A stretch of 64,000 nt of DNA from an uncultured bacterium. GTDB lineage: Bacteria > CSSED10-310 > CALFER01. Below are positions 62,348 to 64,000 of this stretch, one piece after another. Position numbers and translations under genes: made by a program. A model generated the notes under the pieces. That model saw nothing but the letters and a program-made list of their open reading frames with translations, searched no databases and was not told the origin of the DNA. The first letter of the stretch is position 1. Every line of letters starts with the position of its first letter. Location: NCBI GenBank assembly GCA_964472395.1, contig CAYYMM010000001.1:36069-100068 (forward strand), given 5' to 3'.

Positions 62348-63692
62348 AAAGAGAACACTGCTGATTGTTGATGATGATTCGAATCTGTGCGCCGTCATCA
62401 AGGATTTCTATCAATCCACACATATCCTTGTGGAGAGTGTCGCGACCGGGCGAGAGTGCCTCGCCATCGCCCGTGAAAAGCCTGTCGATGTCGTGCTTCT
62501 GGATCAGCGTTTGCCGGATATTGAAGGATACCAACTCTGTCCGGAAATCCTTCGATGGAACGAACAGGCCAAGATCATCTTTATCACAGCCTATTCAAGT
62601 TTCGACAACGCGGTCAAAGCGATACAGGCCGGCGCGTCGGATTATCTTCCGAAACCGATCGATATCGATCAACTCGACCTGGCGGTCCAGCGCGCGATCC
62701 GCACGCAGAAACTCGAAAAAATTGAAGCATATCAATCATATCGGACACGCAAGGAATCCGAAAGTTCATTGTTGATCGGATCACATGGAGGATTCGACGA
62801 GATTCATCGCCTTATCGATCTCGCTTCCCGCTCCGATGCTCCGGTTCTGATAACCGGTGAAACCGGTACGGGAAAAAATGCCGTTGCCCGTGCAATTCAC
62901 TACCAGGGTCCGAGCGCTGAATCACCCTATCTCAATATCAACTGCAGTTCACTCCCAGAAAACCTTTTCGAGGCCGAACTTTTCGGATACGAACGCGGTG
63001 CCTTCACGGATGCTCAGAAAGCCCATAAAGGAATCTTCATTATGGCGGAAGGAGGCACGCTGCTTCTCGACGAAATCGGCAGCGTTCCGATGCATCTCCA
63101 GGCGAAACTCCTCAGTGTTCTGGATGATCGGCGGATCAAGCGAATCGGAGGAGAAACGTTCATCCCTGTCGATGTGCGAATCATCGCAGCAACGAACTCG
63201 AATCTGGAAGATGCTATCTCGCGTCGCGAGTTCAGAGAAGATTTGTATTATCGTTTGAATGTGATCCGCATTCATATTCCGCCTTTGCGAGAGCGGAAAC
63301 AGGATATTCCGGCATTATGCAGGCATTTCCTGGACATGTTCGACATCGGAGATGAATTGACGATCGGGAACGATGAATATGAACGACTGGTGCAGTATCA
63401 CTGGCCGGGTAACATCCGGGAGTTGAAGAACATCGTCGAACGAGCGGTCATCCTCAGGCAGGACAATCGTCTGAATCTGTCTCGGTTCCTTCAGATCAAC
63501 TCCAGACAGGATCCGATAGCGACCACTCCGGCTACGACCGTATCGCTGACGATCGCTCAGATGGAACGACGCATGATCCTCAGTGCGCTCGAACAGTGCC
63601 GCAATAACTACACACAGACGGCAAAGGTCCTGGATATTTCTCTCTCGACGTTGAAGCGCAAGGTTCGTGAGTATCGCGAAAATGGAGTCTGA
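62331..63692 (+). CDS. Sigma-54-dependent transcriptional activator (NtrC family: receiver, AAA+ sigma-54 interaction domain, Fis-type HTH)
   Basis: Receiver LLIVDDD and LLDQRLPD. Walker A GETGTGKN. GAFTDA motif. ELFGYERGAFT. C-terminal HTH QTAKVLDISLSTLKRK. Confidence 0.88.
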   Translation: MMKKTEKRTLLIVDDDSNLCAVIKDFYQSTHILVESVATGRECLAIAREKPVDVVLLDQRLPDIEGYQLCPEILRWNEQAKIIFITAYSSFDNAVKAIQAGASDYLPKPIDIDQLDLAVQRAIRTQKLEKIEAYQSYRTRKESESSLLIGSHGGFDEIHRLIDLASRSDAPVLITGETGTGKNAVARAIHYQGPSAESPYLNINCSSLPENLFEAELFGYERGAFTDAQKAHKGIFIMAEGGTLLLDEIGSVPMHLQAKLLSVLDDRRIKRIGGETFIPVDVRIIAATNSNLEDAISRREFREDLYYRLNVIRIHIPPLRERKQDIPALCRHFLDMFDIGDELTIGNDEYERLVQYHWPGNIRELKNIVERAVILRQDNRLNLSRFLQINSRQDPIATTPATTVSLTIAQMERRMILSALEQCRNNYTQTAKVLDISLSTLKRKVREYRENGV

Positions 63693-63875
63693 TCCCGATT
63701 CAAATTGACGCTTCATTTTGAATCCATTCGAGATCGGACACTTCAGATAAAGCGAAATTACGTCAATTTATTGGCATTCCGACCGACTTTGGGTTGGCAT
63801 ACCTATTGCTCTGATGTAGTCGGGTGCTGTGTCGGTCTTGTGTAACATAAACGGTGCGGAGACAGGAGGAGATGT

Positions 63876-64000
63876 TATGCGCACACGGATTAATAAAACG
63901 GTGATCAGTCTGGTTGCGGGAATAATATACTTTGTTCTTTCTCCGAGCCTTGCCGCACCCCCTCTCGGTGAGCAGGCCGTGATCACGCAGCAAGACGGAG
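63876..64000 (+). CDS. 5' end of a gene for a secreted protein (signal peptide). Truncated by the window edge.
   Basis: AGGAGG at 63858..63863, then ATG 63876. MRTRINKTVISLVAGIIYFVLSPSLAAPPLGEQAV... The frame is open to the window end. Confidence 0.4.

Overview
This is a high-GC (roughly 60%) bacterial chromosomal segment, probably from an uncultivated lineage, because many of its large secreted proteins carry Pro/Thr-rich linkers and unusual C-terminal tails. Core content: (i) the origin-proximal block dnaN-recF-gyrB-gyrA on the minus strand (14181..15284 down to 8051..10564), with an AT-rich 486-bp upstream intergenic region (15285..15770) containing DnaA-box-like 9-mers but no adjacent dnaA. 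(ii) Housekeeping genes gpmI, mntP, glgC, serS, panD, a phosphofructokinase with the PPi-dependent signature, and iadA. (iii) Six large secreted multi-domain proteins: beta-propeller repeats, PPC-domain repeats, lamin-tail-domain (LTD) repeats and a C13 legumain-like peptidase. They end in one of two recurrent C-terminal modules: a conserved ~115-aa domain shared by three unrelated proteins, or a PT-linker plus single TM helix plus basic tail. (iv) A cell-envelope glycoconjugate/lipid-modification locus (26.6..49.7 kb) with GT4, GT39/ArnT-like, hexapeptide acetyltransferase, flippase-like protein, epimerase, two SAM methyltransferases, two Thr-type sulfatase-like membrane enzymes, a Ser/Thr-kinase::FGE fusion and three paralogous cobalamin-binding radical SAM enzymes. 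(v) Signalling genes: an Hpt-RR pair, a TPR-Ser/Thr kinase, an FHA protein, a PilZ protein, and an HK-RR-RR(PAS)-HK-NtrC cluster. No rRNA, tRNA, CRISPR or mobile element was recognised. Most notable: the shared C-terminal domain as a candidate new sorting/secretion tag, an in-frame UGA splitting a beta-propeller gene with a hairpin 11 nt downstream, the dnaA-less candidate origin, and the triplicated B12-radical SAM envelope locus.
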